Shown: piece after piece, positions 1-9,768 of the stretch
Position numbering within the stretch: position 1 is the stretch's first letter
Layout of the letters: every line of letters starts with the position of its first letter
From: Lachnospiraceae bacterium
Lineage (GTDB): Bacteria; Bacillota; Clostridia; Lachnospirales; Lachnospiraceae
NCBI GenBank assembly: GCA_015057525.1
Contig: SVEE01000002.1
Location: forward strand, 4,767 to 68,766
Direction: 5' to 3'
DNA length: 64,000 bases
Program-made: the position numbers and the translations under genes
Notes under the pieces: model-generated
Told to the model about the DNA's origin: nothing
Database searches by the model: none
The model's input: only the letters and a program-made list of their open reading frames with translations

Positions 1-1299
1 AAGGATATTGCTACTGAACAAACTCAGGCTGAGGCACAGTATAATATATTGACTAGCAATTTGACTAGAAGTATAGATAGTATGTATAAGCAGGGGGATG
101 TTACGGATGCAAAATTGCAAAAAGTTATAGAAAACTATGAAAATTATTATGATGATACTCTAGATTTAACTTTATGGCGTGGAGAAATAAGTGTATATCC
201 AAAAGATGAGGAAGTATTAAGAGATTGGAATCCTATAGCTGGTAAAAATGAACTCATAATAGAAGGCAAAGATAATAAGATAATTACAATTCAAGGTACG
301 CTGTATGAAGGTGATGAAATTCTTTTTTTACGTTGTGAAAAAAAATTAACAAAACTTGCACAAGTGTGGGATAAGCTTCAGGCTAAATATTTGGTAATCA
401 GCCTTTCTTTTTCTTTTGTTTTAGCTGTTTTTCTCTTCATATTATTAAAGAAGACTATGAAACCAATAGAGGAGCTAACACAGGTTGTTGATAATATGGC
501 AGAAGGCAATCTGGAAAGTCGAGCATTGGAGCATGGAAAAGATGAGATTGCAACTCTAGGAAGACATTTTAATCAGATGGCAGATAAGATACAGGAGAAT
601 ATTCTGTTGATTCAAAGTGAAGCAGCAGTGAAACAAGAATTTGTTGATAACTTTGCTCACGAATTAAAAAGTCCATTGACCAGCATATATGGATTTGCTG
701 AATATATTCAAAAGGCAAATGTGTCAGAAGACGAGAAGATACAGTGTATGAGCTATATTATGGAGGAATCTAAACTTTTGTTACAATTATCGTATTCCTT
801 ACTAGATATGGCTAAGATAAGAAATGAAGAAATTGATATAGAAGAAATTTCATTGGATGATATAGAAGAACAGATAAAAAAACGAATGGAGACATTGTGT
901 CAGCAACGAAAAGTTACACTTACTTGTAATAGAAGTGTGCAAAATATGTATGCTAAAGAAGATTTACTGTACAGTTTATTATGTAATCTTATTCAAAATG
1001 CCATATATTCTTGCGAAAATGGTGGTGCTGTATCCTGGGGCGTGGATGATAAGGATGATAAAATTCGAATTTTTGTTGAAGACAATGGTTGTGGCATGAC
1101 CAAAGAACAGGTAAAACGTGTAACGGAACCTTTTTTTAGGGTGGATAAGTCAAGAAGACGTGAAGAGGGTAGAACTGGTTTGGGTCTTGCAATATGTAAC
1201 CAAATTGTGGAGTATCACAACGGGCAGATGGACATTAAATCAGAAATTAACAAGGGAACCATAGTTACAGTTTTTATTCCAAAAAAGTTTACCGTTTGA
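1..1299 (+). CDS. Two-component sensor histidine kinase (HAMP-HisKA-HATPase_c), 5'-truncated by the window edge
   Basis: Frame is open from base 1 (KDIATEQTQ...). TM segment YLVISLSFSFVLAVFLFILL is followed by HAMP (KPIEELTQVV...DEIATLGRHFNQMA), H-box FAHELKSPL, N-box NLIQNA, G1 EDNGCG and G2 GLGLAI. Confidence 0.93.
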   Translation, partial: KDIATEQTQAEAQYNILTSNLTRSIDSMYKQGDVTDAKLQKVIENYENYYDDTLDLTLWRGEISVYPKDEEVLRDWNPIAGKNELIIEGKDNKIITIQGTLYEGDEILFLRCEKKLTKLAQVWDKLQAKYLVISLSFSFVLAVFLFILLKKTMKPIEELTQVVDNMAEGNLESRALEHGKDEIATLGRHFNQMADKIQENILLIQSEAAVKQEFVDNFAHELKSPLTSIYGFAEYIQKANVSEDEKIQCMSYIMEESKLLLQLSYSLLDMAKIRNEEIDIEEISLDDIEEQIKKRMETLCQQRKVTLTCNRSVQNMYAKEDLLYSLLCNLIQNAIYSCENGGAVSWGVDDKDDKIRIFVEDNGCGMTKEQVKRVTEPFFRVDKSRRREEGRTGLGLAICNQIVEYHNGQMDIKSEINKGTIVTVFIPKKFTV

Positions 1300-1314
1300 T
1301 TACTTTTTCTTTAT
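1288..1314 (+). promoter_or_regulatory. Candidate OmpR/PhoB-type direct-repeat box (TTTAC/ATTAC/TTTAT, 11-bp period)
   Basis: TTTAC 1288-1292, ATTAC 1299-1303 and TTTAT 1310-1314 overlap the kinase stop codon; a -10-like TATGGT follows at 1317-1322. Confidence 0.35.
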
Positions 1315-1390
1315 TGTATGGTTAGAAGGGTATTGTATCCTATATCTACCATGGTAAATAAAAGAAAAATAATGAAAAGGAGAAATTGAT

Positions 1391-2521
1391 ATGAGAAAGA
1401 AAAAGGGAACAATAGCAACTTTAGCATTAGCCAGTGCAATCGTGGTAAGTGGTGCTGTTGGATTACATGTAAGTATGGCACATGATATGCAAAAGGAACA
1501 GGTAACAGAGGTTGAACAGAATCTGGAAATAAGTACAGAGATGAGTACAGAGGAAACTGCTCAGGCAGATGCACTTCAGGAGGAAACTACTCAGACAGAT
1601 GCACCTCAGGAAGAAACTAGTAATCAGGTTTGGCTGGATGATGAAAGTATTTATTTGCCAGAAGGTGCTGAAATTGTATCAAAAAATGAATATAGCCATG
1701 AAATATCATGGGATAATTACGACATTTGCTATAAGCACTATTCAAATGAGACACAGGAGGATTTAGGATTAGGAAAGCTTAAAACAATTATCGAAGAGAC
1801 CATTGAAAAATATGCAGGTCAGGACTTAGGGGAGTGTTATATGGAAATATTCCTTGAGGACCCAGCAGCATACGAAGATGAAACCCAAGATAATGATGTT
1901 GATTACGATCCTGATATCAATTTTGAAGAAATAGCTGATAATGCTGGAGAAGATGGTGTAGTTGTTATTGAGACTGCAGATGGTGTAACAACTGTTATTG
2001 AGACTGAAAATGGTGTAGCAACTGTTGTTGATAGTTATACAATTGTGGTTGAAAATGAATCTATGCCAGAGGAAGTTCGTGATATGTACACTTTAGATTC
2101 AAAATGCTATCAAGTACATATTTTAACTGATAATCAAAGATATGATATATGGGTTGATAGCTTGACAGGAGAAGTGACTGTATTTAATTATGAGGATGAA
2201 ACATTAGGTACTTTCACTAATGGATGGGATATTTCGTATGAGGCTGACGCTGCGGAATGTCAGCTTTCAGACGAGGAGCAAAAGGAATATGATGCTATCA
2301 TAGAAAACTTTATTTCTGATGATTTAAAGTTAGGTAATGTAGAAAAAATCTATTCTCAGTATGCAGACGTAAGCTACAATGGTGTTAGTGGAAATAATAT
2401 ACGTGCTTATTATACAGTAGTATGTAAGACTGATGAAGGTGCTGTGGTAGAAGTCTCATTTGATATTGGAGAAAAAATAGTGACTTCATTTAGAACAAGC
2501 GTACAGTATTTGTCAGAATAA
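1391..2521 (+). CDS. Secreted or membrane-anchored acidic protein with PepSY-like motifs
   Basis: RBS AAGGAG. Basic N-terminus plus hydrophobic stretch (MRKKKGTIATLALASAIVVSGAVGL); very Asp/Glu-rich; PepSY-like segment YQVHILTDNQRYDIWVDSLTGEV. Confidence 0.75.
   Translation: MRKKKGTIATLALASAIVVSGAVGLHVSMAHDMQKEQVTEVEQNLEISTEMSTEETAQADALQEETTQTDAPQEETSNQVWLDDESIYLPEGAEIVSKNEYSHEISWDNYDICYKHYSNETQEDLGLGKLKTIIEETIEKYAGQDLGECYMEIFLEDPAAYEDETQDNDVDYDPDINFEEIADNAGEDGVVVIETADGVTTVIETENGVATVVDSYTIVVENESMPEEVRDMYTLDSKCYQVHILTDNQRYDIWVDSLTGEVTVFNYEDETLGTFTNGWDISYEADAAECQLSDEEQKEYDAIIENFISDDLKLGNVEKIYSQYADVSYNGVSGNNIRAYYTVVCKTDEGAVVEVSFDIGEKIVTSFRTSVQYLSE
1551..1620 (+). repeat. 30-nt in-frame tandem repeat (about 2.3 copies)
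   Basis: aggaaactgctcaggcagatgcacttcagg / aggaaactactcagacagatgcacctcagg / aagaaactag, encoding ETAQADALQE-ETTQTDAPQE-ET. Confidence 0.9.
1952..2035 (+). repeat. 27-30-nt in-frame tandem repeat (3 copies)
   Basis: Encodes DGVVVIETA / DGVTTVIETE / NGVATVVDS. Confidence 0.85.
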
Positions 2522-2545
2522 GAGATTTATAATTGTATTTAAAGG

Positions 2546-2587
2546 GCTCTAAACTTTACTTGGGGGGTAAGGTTTAGAGCTTTTTTT
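2546..2587 (+). terminator. Rho-independent terminator
   Basis: GCTCTAAACTTTAC pairs with GTAAGGTTTAGAGC (one G-U), followed by T7. Confidence 0.9.
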
Positions 2588-2606
2588 AAAACGGATAGTA
2601 TTGTAG

Positions 2607-2634
2607 TGGCAAGAAAGACGAAATTCTGATATAA
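2607..2634 (+). promoter_or_regulatory. sigma-A promoter (extended -10) for the EAL-protein operon
   Basis: TGGCAA-16-TATAAT with a TGn extension (TGaTATAAT, 2626-2634). Confidence 0.55.
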
Positions 2635-2708
2635 TAGTAGATAGATGATTTAAGGAACGGCGAATATTGTCTTGATAATATGGTTTGCTGTTTTTGGGGG
2701 AGAAATTA

Positions 2709-4700
2709 ATGAGTTATTATAAAGAGAAAAGAATACGAAAACTTAAGAAAAAACGTATATGGCCATCTATACTTGGCTTGTTTTTGATTGCAATTATATT
2801 AGAAACTATTGTTTTTGCATTTTTGGGATTATATGTCATGGACTTGATAGATAGAAAATTCCATGATTCATATAAATCCTCTTATAATATTGCCGAATTA
2901 ATGTTTTCTGACGGTTTGGAAAACTTTACTGCTGAAGACTTGGAACAATATATATATATGGACAATAAAATTTTAGCAGTGTCCGTTATAGACAGCAATA
3001 ATGAAGTAGTATGGTCTAACAATAACTACAAACCAGACATAAATGATATTCGCATTTATTATGATCAGCTGGGGATTTATGGGGATAATTTCGAACTGAT
3101 TATTGAGTCTGATGGACGTGATATATTTGAAGAATTAATTGATGAAGTAGCTTTATCTGATGATGTTTTGACTTGTATTGGTAATGATTTTATTACAGAT
3201 GGTCAGCGACTTCTCACTGAGAGAAATGTTCCTATTATCAGCTCTGATATATGGATGGCAATATATTACGAAGATTATTATGTTTTAGTTTTGAATGAAA
3301 TTTCAGTACTAAATAATGATATATATATGGTAGTCATTACAATTGTATTGATGCTTATTCTTTCTCTGGTATTTATAATTTATTATATTGCATCTATAGT
3401 TGGCATTATTCATAATCAGAAAAGAATTACCAAGGTTCTTTATACAGACATTGTTACAGGTGGATATAACTGGCTTTATTTTACTAAAAAGGGAGACAAA
3501 CTTCTTAAGAAAAATAAAGGTAAGTATAATTATGCCATGGTAGCAGTAAGAATGGAAAAATATAGAAGCTTCTGTACTTGCTTTGGTGTAAAAGAGGGAG
3601 AAGAACTCTTAGAAAACTTTTACTGGTCCTTAAAGAGAATAATCAAGAAAAAAGAATTTATGGCACATCATGATGAAGCAGATTTTGGTATTTTGCTTAC
3701 ATATTTGGATGAAGAAGAGCTATATTCAAGAATCAACTATATTGAGCAGGTACTTAAAAATGTAGTACCCAATATAAAGATGTATTTTAGGTTTGGTGTA
3801 TGTATAGCAGATTCCAATGACAGGTCCGTTGATAGTTTATATAACAATTCAATAACAGCTTTAGATTTATTGGCAGAAGATTCAGAACAAAAGATTACAT
3901 CTTACGATGTTGAGATGAAAAAACAACAGCTTTGGGAGCGCAAGGTTGAGAATGAGATGGATAAGGCACTTGTTACTAGGCAGTTTAAGCTTTATCTCCA
4001 GCCTAAATATAGTACTAAGGAAGAAAATCTTGCAGGTGCAGAGGCATTAGTAAGATGGGTACATCCAGAAGATGGTCTTATTCCGCCTAATAAGTTTATT
4101 CCTATATTTGAACGTAATGGATTCATACTTCAATTAGATGACTATATGATTGAAGAGGTTGCAAGACAGCAATCAAAATGGCTTGGCGAAGGGAAAGAGT
4201 TGTTCCCTATATCTGTAAATGTTTCTCGTGCACATTTTACAAGAGAAGATTTAGCTGGACATATATGTGGAATTGTAGACAGATATAATGTGCCGCACAA
4301 ATTTATTGAGCTTGAGCTTACAGAAAGTGCATTCTTTGATGACAAATATGTGCTTATTGATACAGTTAAAAAGCTTAGAGAATACGGCTTTATTGTTTCT
4401 ATGGATGATTTTGGAGCAGGATATTCCTCTCTTAACTCCCTAAAGGAACTTTCCATAGATGTTCTTAAGATTGATGCGGATTTCTTTAGAGGTGTGGATT
4501 CAGTAGAGCGAGGTATGCTTATTGTTTCAGAGGTTATTGATTTAGCAAAGAAACTTGATATGAAGATTGTTGCAGAAGGTATCGAAAGTAAGGAACAAGT
4601 TGATTTCTTAACACAGCAGGAGTGTGATCTTATTCAGGGGTATTATTATGCTAAACCTATGTCTATAGACGAATTTGAAGAAAAATATAAAGAGATTTAA
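2709..4700 (+). CDS. Membrane-bound c-di-GMP phosphodiesterase (2 TM + extracellular domain, degenerate GGDEF, EAL)
   Basis: ATG 2709 follows GGGAGA. Two hydrophobic segments; GGDEF site replaced by HDEADF; intact EAL motifs AEALVRW, VNVS, ELELTES, DDFGAGYSS, LKID, AEGIE, QGYY. Confidence 0.9.
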   Translation: MSYYKEKRIRKLKKKRIWPSILGLFLIAIILETIVFAFLGLYVMDLIDRKFHDSYKSSYNIAELMFSDGLENFTAEDLEQYIYMDNKILAVSVIDSNNEVVWSNNNYKPDINDIRIYYDQLGIYGDNFELIIESDGRDIFEELIDEVALSDDVLTCIGNDFITDGQRLLTERNVPIISSDIWMAIYYEDYYVLVLNEISVLNNDIYMVVITIVLMLILSLVFIIYYIASIVGIIHNQKRITKVLYTDIVTGGYNWLYFTKKGDKLLKKNKGKYNYAMVAVRMEKYRSFCTCFGVKEGEELLENFYWSLKRIIKKKEFMAHHDEADFGILLTYLDEEELYSRINYIEQVLKNVVPNIKMYFRFGVCIADSNDRSVDSLYNNSITALDLLAEDSEQKITSYDVEMKKQQLWERKVENEMDKALVTRQFKLYLQPKYSTKEENLAGAEALVRWVHPEDGLIPPNKFIPIFERNGFILQLDDYMIEEVARQQSKWLGEGKELFPISVNVSRAHFTREDLAGHICGIVDRYNVPHKFIELELTESAFFDDKYVLIDTVKKLREYGFIVSMDDFGAGYSSLNSLKELSIDVLKIDADFFRGVDSVERGMLIVSEVIDLAKKLDMKIVAEGIESKEQVDFLTQQECDLIQGYYYAKPMSIDEFEEKYKEI

Positions 4701-4732
4701 ATATATTAATTAGGCACATGCGGGAGGAGCAG

Positions 4733-7700
4733 ATGACATCAAGGAAAAAGATAGCATTGCTATTGGGAAATCCAGAGGAAAAGTATCAAAGTCTTTTTAT
4801 TGAAGGATTTTTAAAACAGACGTTTTTTTATAATTATGATGTCTGTGTATTTGCCATGTACAATAAATACCAGGAAACTGAAGCTAGAGAAAAGGGTGAG
4901 TCAACTATCTTTTCTCTAGTTAATTATGCCCTTTTTGATGGTATTGTTATTATTTCAGATACTATTCAGACTCCTGGTTTAGTTGATAAAATTGAGGAAG
5001 ATTTAAAGAACAATTTTGATGGGCCAGTTATTTGTATTGATAAAGAAAGCAAATATTTTACATCACTCATGACAGATCATTATTCTGTTGTTAAAAAATT
5101 GATTTCTCATTTGATAGAGGTTCATGATTATGAAGATATTGCCTATTTAACAGGTAAGGAAGATAACTTTCATTCAAAAGCAAGGCTTGATGCTTATCTT
5201 GATTGTATGAAAGAGCATGATTTGCCAATAAAGGATAATCGTACTTTTTATGGTGATTTTTGGTATGGCTGTGGAGATAAGGTTGTTACAGAATTAATGC
5301 ATTGTCCTGAGGGTATGCCTCAGGCTATTGCCTGTGCAAATGATTGCATGGCTATAAGTGTTGCAGTTGCACTTGAGGCTAATGGTTTTGTAGTTCCAGA
5401 TGATATTGCAGTAATTGGATATGATTCCATAGATGAAGGAAGAAAAAGTCCTAAGCCTATAACATCAGCACCTATGCCTGCAAAAGAAAATGGTCGATAT
5501 GCAGCAAAAAGTATAAAGGCATTAATAGAAAATAAGGACATTACGGAATCGAAAGATGAGGTTGAGTTATTTATAGGTAAGAGCTGTGGTTGTAAGAATT
5601 GTGAGGAGCAGTTGATTTCGGGATTGAGGGATAGTTGGAAAACTGTTGATTTCCAAGAAAATTTCAGGTCTCGTTTCAATTATATGATGGAAGATGTACT
5701 TTCAAAATCGGATTTTCAGGATTTGATGAATACTGTTTTTGCGTATGTATATCATTTGGGTGAGTATGAAAGTTTTTCTTTATGTCTTAATTCACAGTGG
5801 TGTGATTTGGAACAGCTTCATAATGGCGAACAGGATTGGAGTGATTATACAGACAAAATTCTGCCGGTTATTAGATGTAGAAAGGATGGCTCCTTGAATC
5901 GAATTAACTATACTAGTACATTTGATAAGGGCTTACTTATTCCTGAGTTACATGAAAATAGAGATACACCTTCAGCATTTTTCTTCACACCTTTATATTT
6001 TGATGAGCGTTGTCTTGGATATGCTGTTGTTAGTTATGGTAACGAAATAAAAACGTATAATGAAACATATTGGTTATGGCTTAGAAATGTAATGCAAGGT
6101 CTTGAGAGCTTCAGAAGAGTTGATGAAATGAGACATAAGTATGAGCTTCTTGAGGCTAGTCAGACAAGAGACACCCTTACAGGACTCTATAATTATCAGG
6201 GAATGATGCATAATAACAGTGGTTTTGTTGGCAAATATGTGGGTGCTATTGTTATTGATATTCGTGGTTTGGCTGATATTAATGACAATTATGGACGAGC
6301 AGAAGGTAATTATGCTATTAAAACCGTTGCTGGAATTTTAAAAAACAAGATCGAACATGGTATGTGCGGTGTTCTTGGTAATGGTGAATTTGTTGGCGTA
6401 GAGATATTCGACGAAGCTGAAGATAACCAGATTCGTGAATTAAGAGATGAACTACTTGATAGACTTGTAGAAGTGGAAGGTTTACCATATACGCTGTCGG
6501 TATATGTAGGTTGTGAAAGTGCGTATATATCCACTGTAAAGGATTTAGAGCATTTAATTAATACAGCTGTTGCCCAGAAAAATGGTAACAAAATTTCTGA
6601 GCAGAAAATGATGAATAAAGAGCGACTTACAGATGAAGAATTCAAAGAAATGATGGTTGTGCAGGATATTATGGATAACAATCGTTTGAGTTATCATTTT
6701 CAGCCAATTGTCAATGCAAAAACGGGCGATATCTATGCATATGAAGCCCTTATGCGTGCAGAAGCTACACCTTATGTTTCTCCTCTTACTATTCTTAAAT
6801 ATGCAGATTATATGGGAAGATTATATGATGTTGAACGCTTAACTTTCTTTAATGTTTTGGAGAAAATAGGCGAGAACGAGGCACTTTTTGAAGGTAAGAA
6901 AGTATTTATAAATAGTATTCCTGATAATAGATTACAGGGACATGATGCTGATATATTAGAGCATAAGCTGAAAAAATATTCAGCTACAGTTGTTGTTGAG
7001 CTTACAGAGCAAGCAGAGGTTCCAGATGATGAGCTAGCTTTAATGAAAAAAATATATGCTTCAATGGGTATTGAGACTGCGGTTGATGATTACGGTACAG
7101 GGTACTCTAATGTAACGAATTTGCTTAGATATATGCCTGATTATGTGAAGATAGACCGTATGCTTCTTACTGAAATACAGGAGAGCCCTCAAAAGCAGCA
7201 TTTTGTTCGCGAGATAATAGATTTCGCCCATGACAATAACATCAAGACTCTTGCTGAGGGTGTTGAGACAATTGATGAGCTTCAAATGCTTATAAGACTT
7301 GGTGTTGACCTTATTCAAGGATATTATACTGCCAGACCAACAGAGAAAATTTTGCCTTGTATAGATAATATTGTTAAGGATGAAATTGTACGATGTTACA
7401 GACAGATGATGGCAGGAAAAGGTAGCAGAATCTATATAGCAGGAAAGGAAAGCAGAATCCATCTTGCTAAGCTTGTGGCGGATAAGTATTCAGGTATTGA
7501 AATTGTTCCTGATAATACCATACATAAAGATGTGACACTTTCGGGAATTGCTGGTGTCACCACAAACTTGGTTTTGGATGTAAGAGCAGGCTACAGTGGT
7601 AGAATAGTTCTTGATAATGTAAACCTCTCTGCAGGTAAGAGAAATGCTTGCATAAACATAGGTGAAAACTGTAAGGTTACTCTTGTATTGAAGGGAGATA

Positions 7701-8503
7701 ATCGTCTTAAGGATGGAGGTATAAGAGTTGCAGATGGCTCTGTGCTTGTTATTGAGGGAGATGGTGATCTTTGTATTAACAGTGAAAAGGATGATTATTT
7801 CGGTATAGGAAATGATGTTGAATCAGCTCACGGTTCAATTATATTTGACCAGGATGGATGTGTAGAAATTCGTTGCAATGGTGAAAAAGGTGTGGGAATT
7901 GGCTCTGGTAAGGGTGGTATAATTGATATTAGAAGAGGAAAATATATTATTGAGCTTACAGGAGAGAAAGGTGTTGGCATAGGTACACAGGATGGCGATG
8001 TTAATATTAATATTGCTATGTGCAATATAAGTCTTAGACTTGTAACAACAAATAATGTTGGTATTGGTTCTATGTACGGCAATGTGGATGTTACTATATC
8101 ACATATTCTTTTGAAGTGTGTATTTGGTGGAACATTTAGTGCAGGAATTGGAACATTATATGGTAATCGTTCTAATATCAATATTGCAAATTCTAATATT
8201 AGCTTGAATTTACGTGCTATAGAGATATCTGCCATAGGAGCAGCTAAAGAAGAGTCGTATATTGAAGTAAAAGAGTGTGGTTTAACCATAAAGGGTGAAG
8301 GCCGTGAGGCTATTTCCTTTGGTAATGCAAATAAGAATTGTAAAATGACATTTATTGATTGTGATGTTGATTCCGAGATTAAATCAAATTTGGAATCTGA
8401 TGTTGGCGCTCAGGAATCGGATATTAAGATACTTAATGGTCGTATGCAATTTGTATTAAATGGAAGAGAAATTATTAGAAAAGCTCAAAACGGCGACTTA
8501 TAA
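4733..8503 (+). CDS. Multidomain c-di-GMP phosphodiesterase: LacI-type sugar-binding sensor + GAF-like + degenerate GGDEF + EAL + C-terminal beta-helix-like domain
   Basis: ATG 4733 follows GGGAGG. LacI effector-domain motif AIACANDCMA...VPDDIAVIGYD with no HTH; DTLTGLYN...GNGEF; EAL motifs YEALMR, VELTE, DDYGTGYS, VKID, AEGVE, QGYY; about 330-aa Gly/Ile-rich repetitive tail (GVGIGSG, GVGIGT, NVGIGS, SAGIGT). Confidence 0.85.
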   Translation: MTSRKKIALLLGNPEEKYQSLFIEGFLKQTFFYNYDVCVFAMYNKYQETEAREKGESTIFSLVNYALFDGIVIISDTIQTPGLVDKIEEDLKNNFDGPVICIDKESKYFTSLMTDHYSVVKKLISHLIEVHDYEDIAYLTGKEDNFHSKARLDAYLDCMKEHDLPIKDNRTFYGDFWYGCGDKVVTELMHCPEGMPQAIACANDCMAISVAVALEANGFVVPDDIAVIGYDSIDEGRKSPKPITSAPMPAKENGRYAAKSIKALIENKDITESKDEVELFIGKSCGCKNCEEQLISGLRDSWKTVDFQENFRSRFNYMMEDVLSKSDFQDLMNTVFAYVYHLGEYESFSLCLNSQWCDLEQLHNGEQDWSDYTDKILPVIRCRKDGSLNRINYTSTFDKGLLIPELHENRDTPSAFFFTPLYFDERCLGYAVVSYGNEIKTYNETYWLWLRNVMQGLESFRRVDEMRHKYELLEASQTRDTLTGLYNYQGMMHNNSGFVGKYVGAIVIDIRGLADINDNYGRAEGNYAIKTVAGILKNKIEHGMCGVLGNGEFVGVEIFDEAEDNQIRELRDELLDRLVEVEGLPYTLSVYVGCESAYISTVKDLEHLINTAVAQKNGNKISEQKMMNKERLTDEEFKEMMVVQDIMDNNRLSYHFQPIVNAKTGDIYAYEALMRAEATPYVSPLTILKYADYMGRLYDVERLTFFNVLEKIGENEALFEGKKVFINSIPDNRLQGHDADILEHKLKKYSATVVVELTEQAEVPDDELALMKKIYASMGIETAVDDYGTGYSNVTNLLRYMPDYVKIDRMLLTEIQESPQKQHFVREIIDFAHDNNIKTLAEGVETIDELQMLIRLGVDLIQGYYTARPTEKILPCIDNIVKDEIVRCYRQMMAGKGSRIYIAGKESRIHLAKLVADKYSGIEIVPDNTIHKDVTLSGIAGVTTNLVLDVRAGYSGRIVLDNVNLSAGKRNACINIGENCKVTLVLKGDNRLKDGGIRVADGSVLVIEGDGDLCINSEKDDYFGIGNDVESAHGSIIFDQDGCVEIRCNGEKGVGIGSGKGGIIDIRRGKYIIELTGEKGVGIGTQDGDVNINIAMCNISLRLVTTNNVGIGSMYGNVDVTISHILLKCVFGGTFSAGIGTLYGNRSNINIANSNISLNLRAIEISAIGAAKEESYIEVKECGLTIKGEGREAISFGNANKNCKMTFIDCDVDSEIKSNLESDVGAQESDIKILNGRMQFVLNGREIIRKAQNGDL

Positions 8504-8519
8504 TTAAAGGAGATGTCTT

Positions 8520-9161
8520 ATGAAAGATAATAATAAAATAACAAGAAATAATCTGTTGGCAAATAAAGTTATTAAGGGCTTAGAATCCCGCAATATGTCA
8601 GGATATTATGCAAAGTCTAAGGAGGAAGCCTTGGCTAAGGCCTTAGAGCTTATACCGGAAGGCTCATCTATAGGTTGGGGTGGCTCTATGTCTGTAAGCG
8701 AAATTGGACTTAGAGATGCTGTTATTAATGGCAATTATGTGGTTTTTAATCGAGATGATTGTAAAACTCCAGAAGAAAAACGTGAGGTTGAGCTTAAGAT
8801 ATTTGGTTCAGACTATTTTCTTTGTAGCAGTAATGCTATAACAGAGGATGGAATTCTTGTAAATATTGATGGAAATTCTAACAGAGTTGCCGCAATTGCA
8901 TATGGCCCTAAAAAGGTAATTATGATTGTTGGTATGAATAAGGTGTCAAAGGACTTTGAATCTGCTCTCTCAAGGGCAAGAAATATTGCAGCACCTATAA
9001 ATGCTCAGAGATTTCCTCTTGATACACCTTGTAAGTTAACTGGTTCATGTGCAAATTGCAAATCAAGAGATACGATATGCTGTGAGTTTTTAGTTACTAG
9101 ATACTCAAGACATGCTGACAGATTCCATATTATACTTGTTGATGAGGATTTAGGTTATTAA
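8520..9161 (+). CDS. LUD-domain (LutC/YkgG-like) lactate utilization family protein
   Basis: Motifs GWGGSMS, SSNAITEDGILVNIDGNSNRVAA, GPKKVI.IVGMNK and a Cys-rich PCKLTGSCANC...IC segment. Confidence 0.8.
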   Translation: MKDNNKITRNNLLANKVIKGLESRNMSGYYAKSKEEALAKALELIPEGSSIGWGGSMSVSEIGLRDAVINGNYVVFNRDDCKTPEEKREVELKIFGSDYFLCSSNAITEDGILVNIDGNSNRVAAIAYGPKKVIMIVGMNKVSKDFESALSRARNIAAPINAQRFPLDTPCKLTGSCANCKSRDTICCEFLVTRYSRHADRFHIILVDEDLGY

Positions 9162-9166
9162 ATTTT

Positions 9167-9766
9167 ATGGCACTTATTGATTATAAATGGGACAAATTAT
9201 TGCGAATAAAGACAACGGGGTGGGATGCGTCTAATTCAGATAAAAACCATTATCCATATGAACCCACGTCCTATTCTGTATTAGAAAGATTAGCATTTAG
9301 TGGTTACATAAACAAAAAGAATGTTTTGCTTGATTATGGTTGCGGAAAAGGAAGAGTAGATTTCTTTATGTCGTATCAGACAAGGTGCAAAACCATAGGT
9401 GTGGAGTACGATGAGAGACTTTTTGTTGACGCAATAGATAATTCTAAATATGCTATTTCAGGCAAAAAAACTTCCTTTTGCTACGAGAATGCTGAGGATT
9501 ATGAGGTGCCAACAACTGTAGACAGATGTTACTTTTTTAATCCTTTTTCGGTGGAAATATTAAAAAAAGTAATTTCCAAGGTAATGAAATCATATTATGA
9601 CCGGCCAAGGGAGATTCTTATGTTTTTTTATTATCCCTCAGATGAATATGTTGCTCATTTGATGACAGAATCTGAATTAGAATTTTTAGATGAAATTGAT
9701 TGTACAGATTTATTTGACTCTTTCAACGAGAGAGAAAGAATAGTTATATTTAAGGTGGCACTGTAA
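9167..9766 (+). CDS. Class I SAM-dependent methyltransferase
   Basis: Motif I LLDYGCGKGR, acidic post-I GVEYD, YFFNPF. Confidence 0.8.
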   Translation: MALIDYKWDKLLRIKTTGWDASNSDKNHYPYEPTSYSVLERLAFSGYINKKNVLLDYGCGKGRVDFFMSYQTRCKTIGVEYDERLFVDAIDNSKYAISGKKTSFCYENAEDYEVPTTVDRCYFFNPFSVEILKKVISKVMKSYYDRPREILMFFYYPSDEYVAHLMTESELEFLDEIDCTDLFDSFNERERIVIFKVAL

Positions 9767-9768
9767 CC

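Noticed and set aside
2605-2630. c-di-GMP-I riboswitch-like words (GGCAA...GAAA...GACG) upstream of the EAL operon
   Set aside because: No flanking P1/P2 stems; the bases are better explained as the -35/-10 of the promoter.
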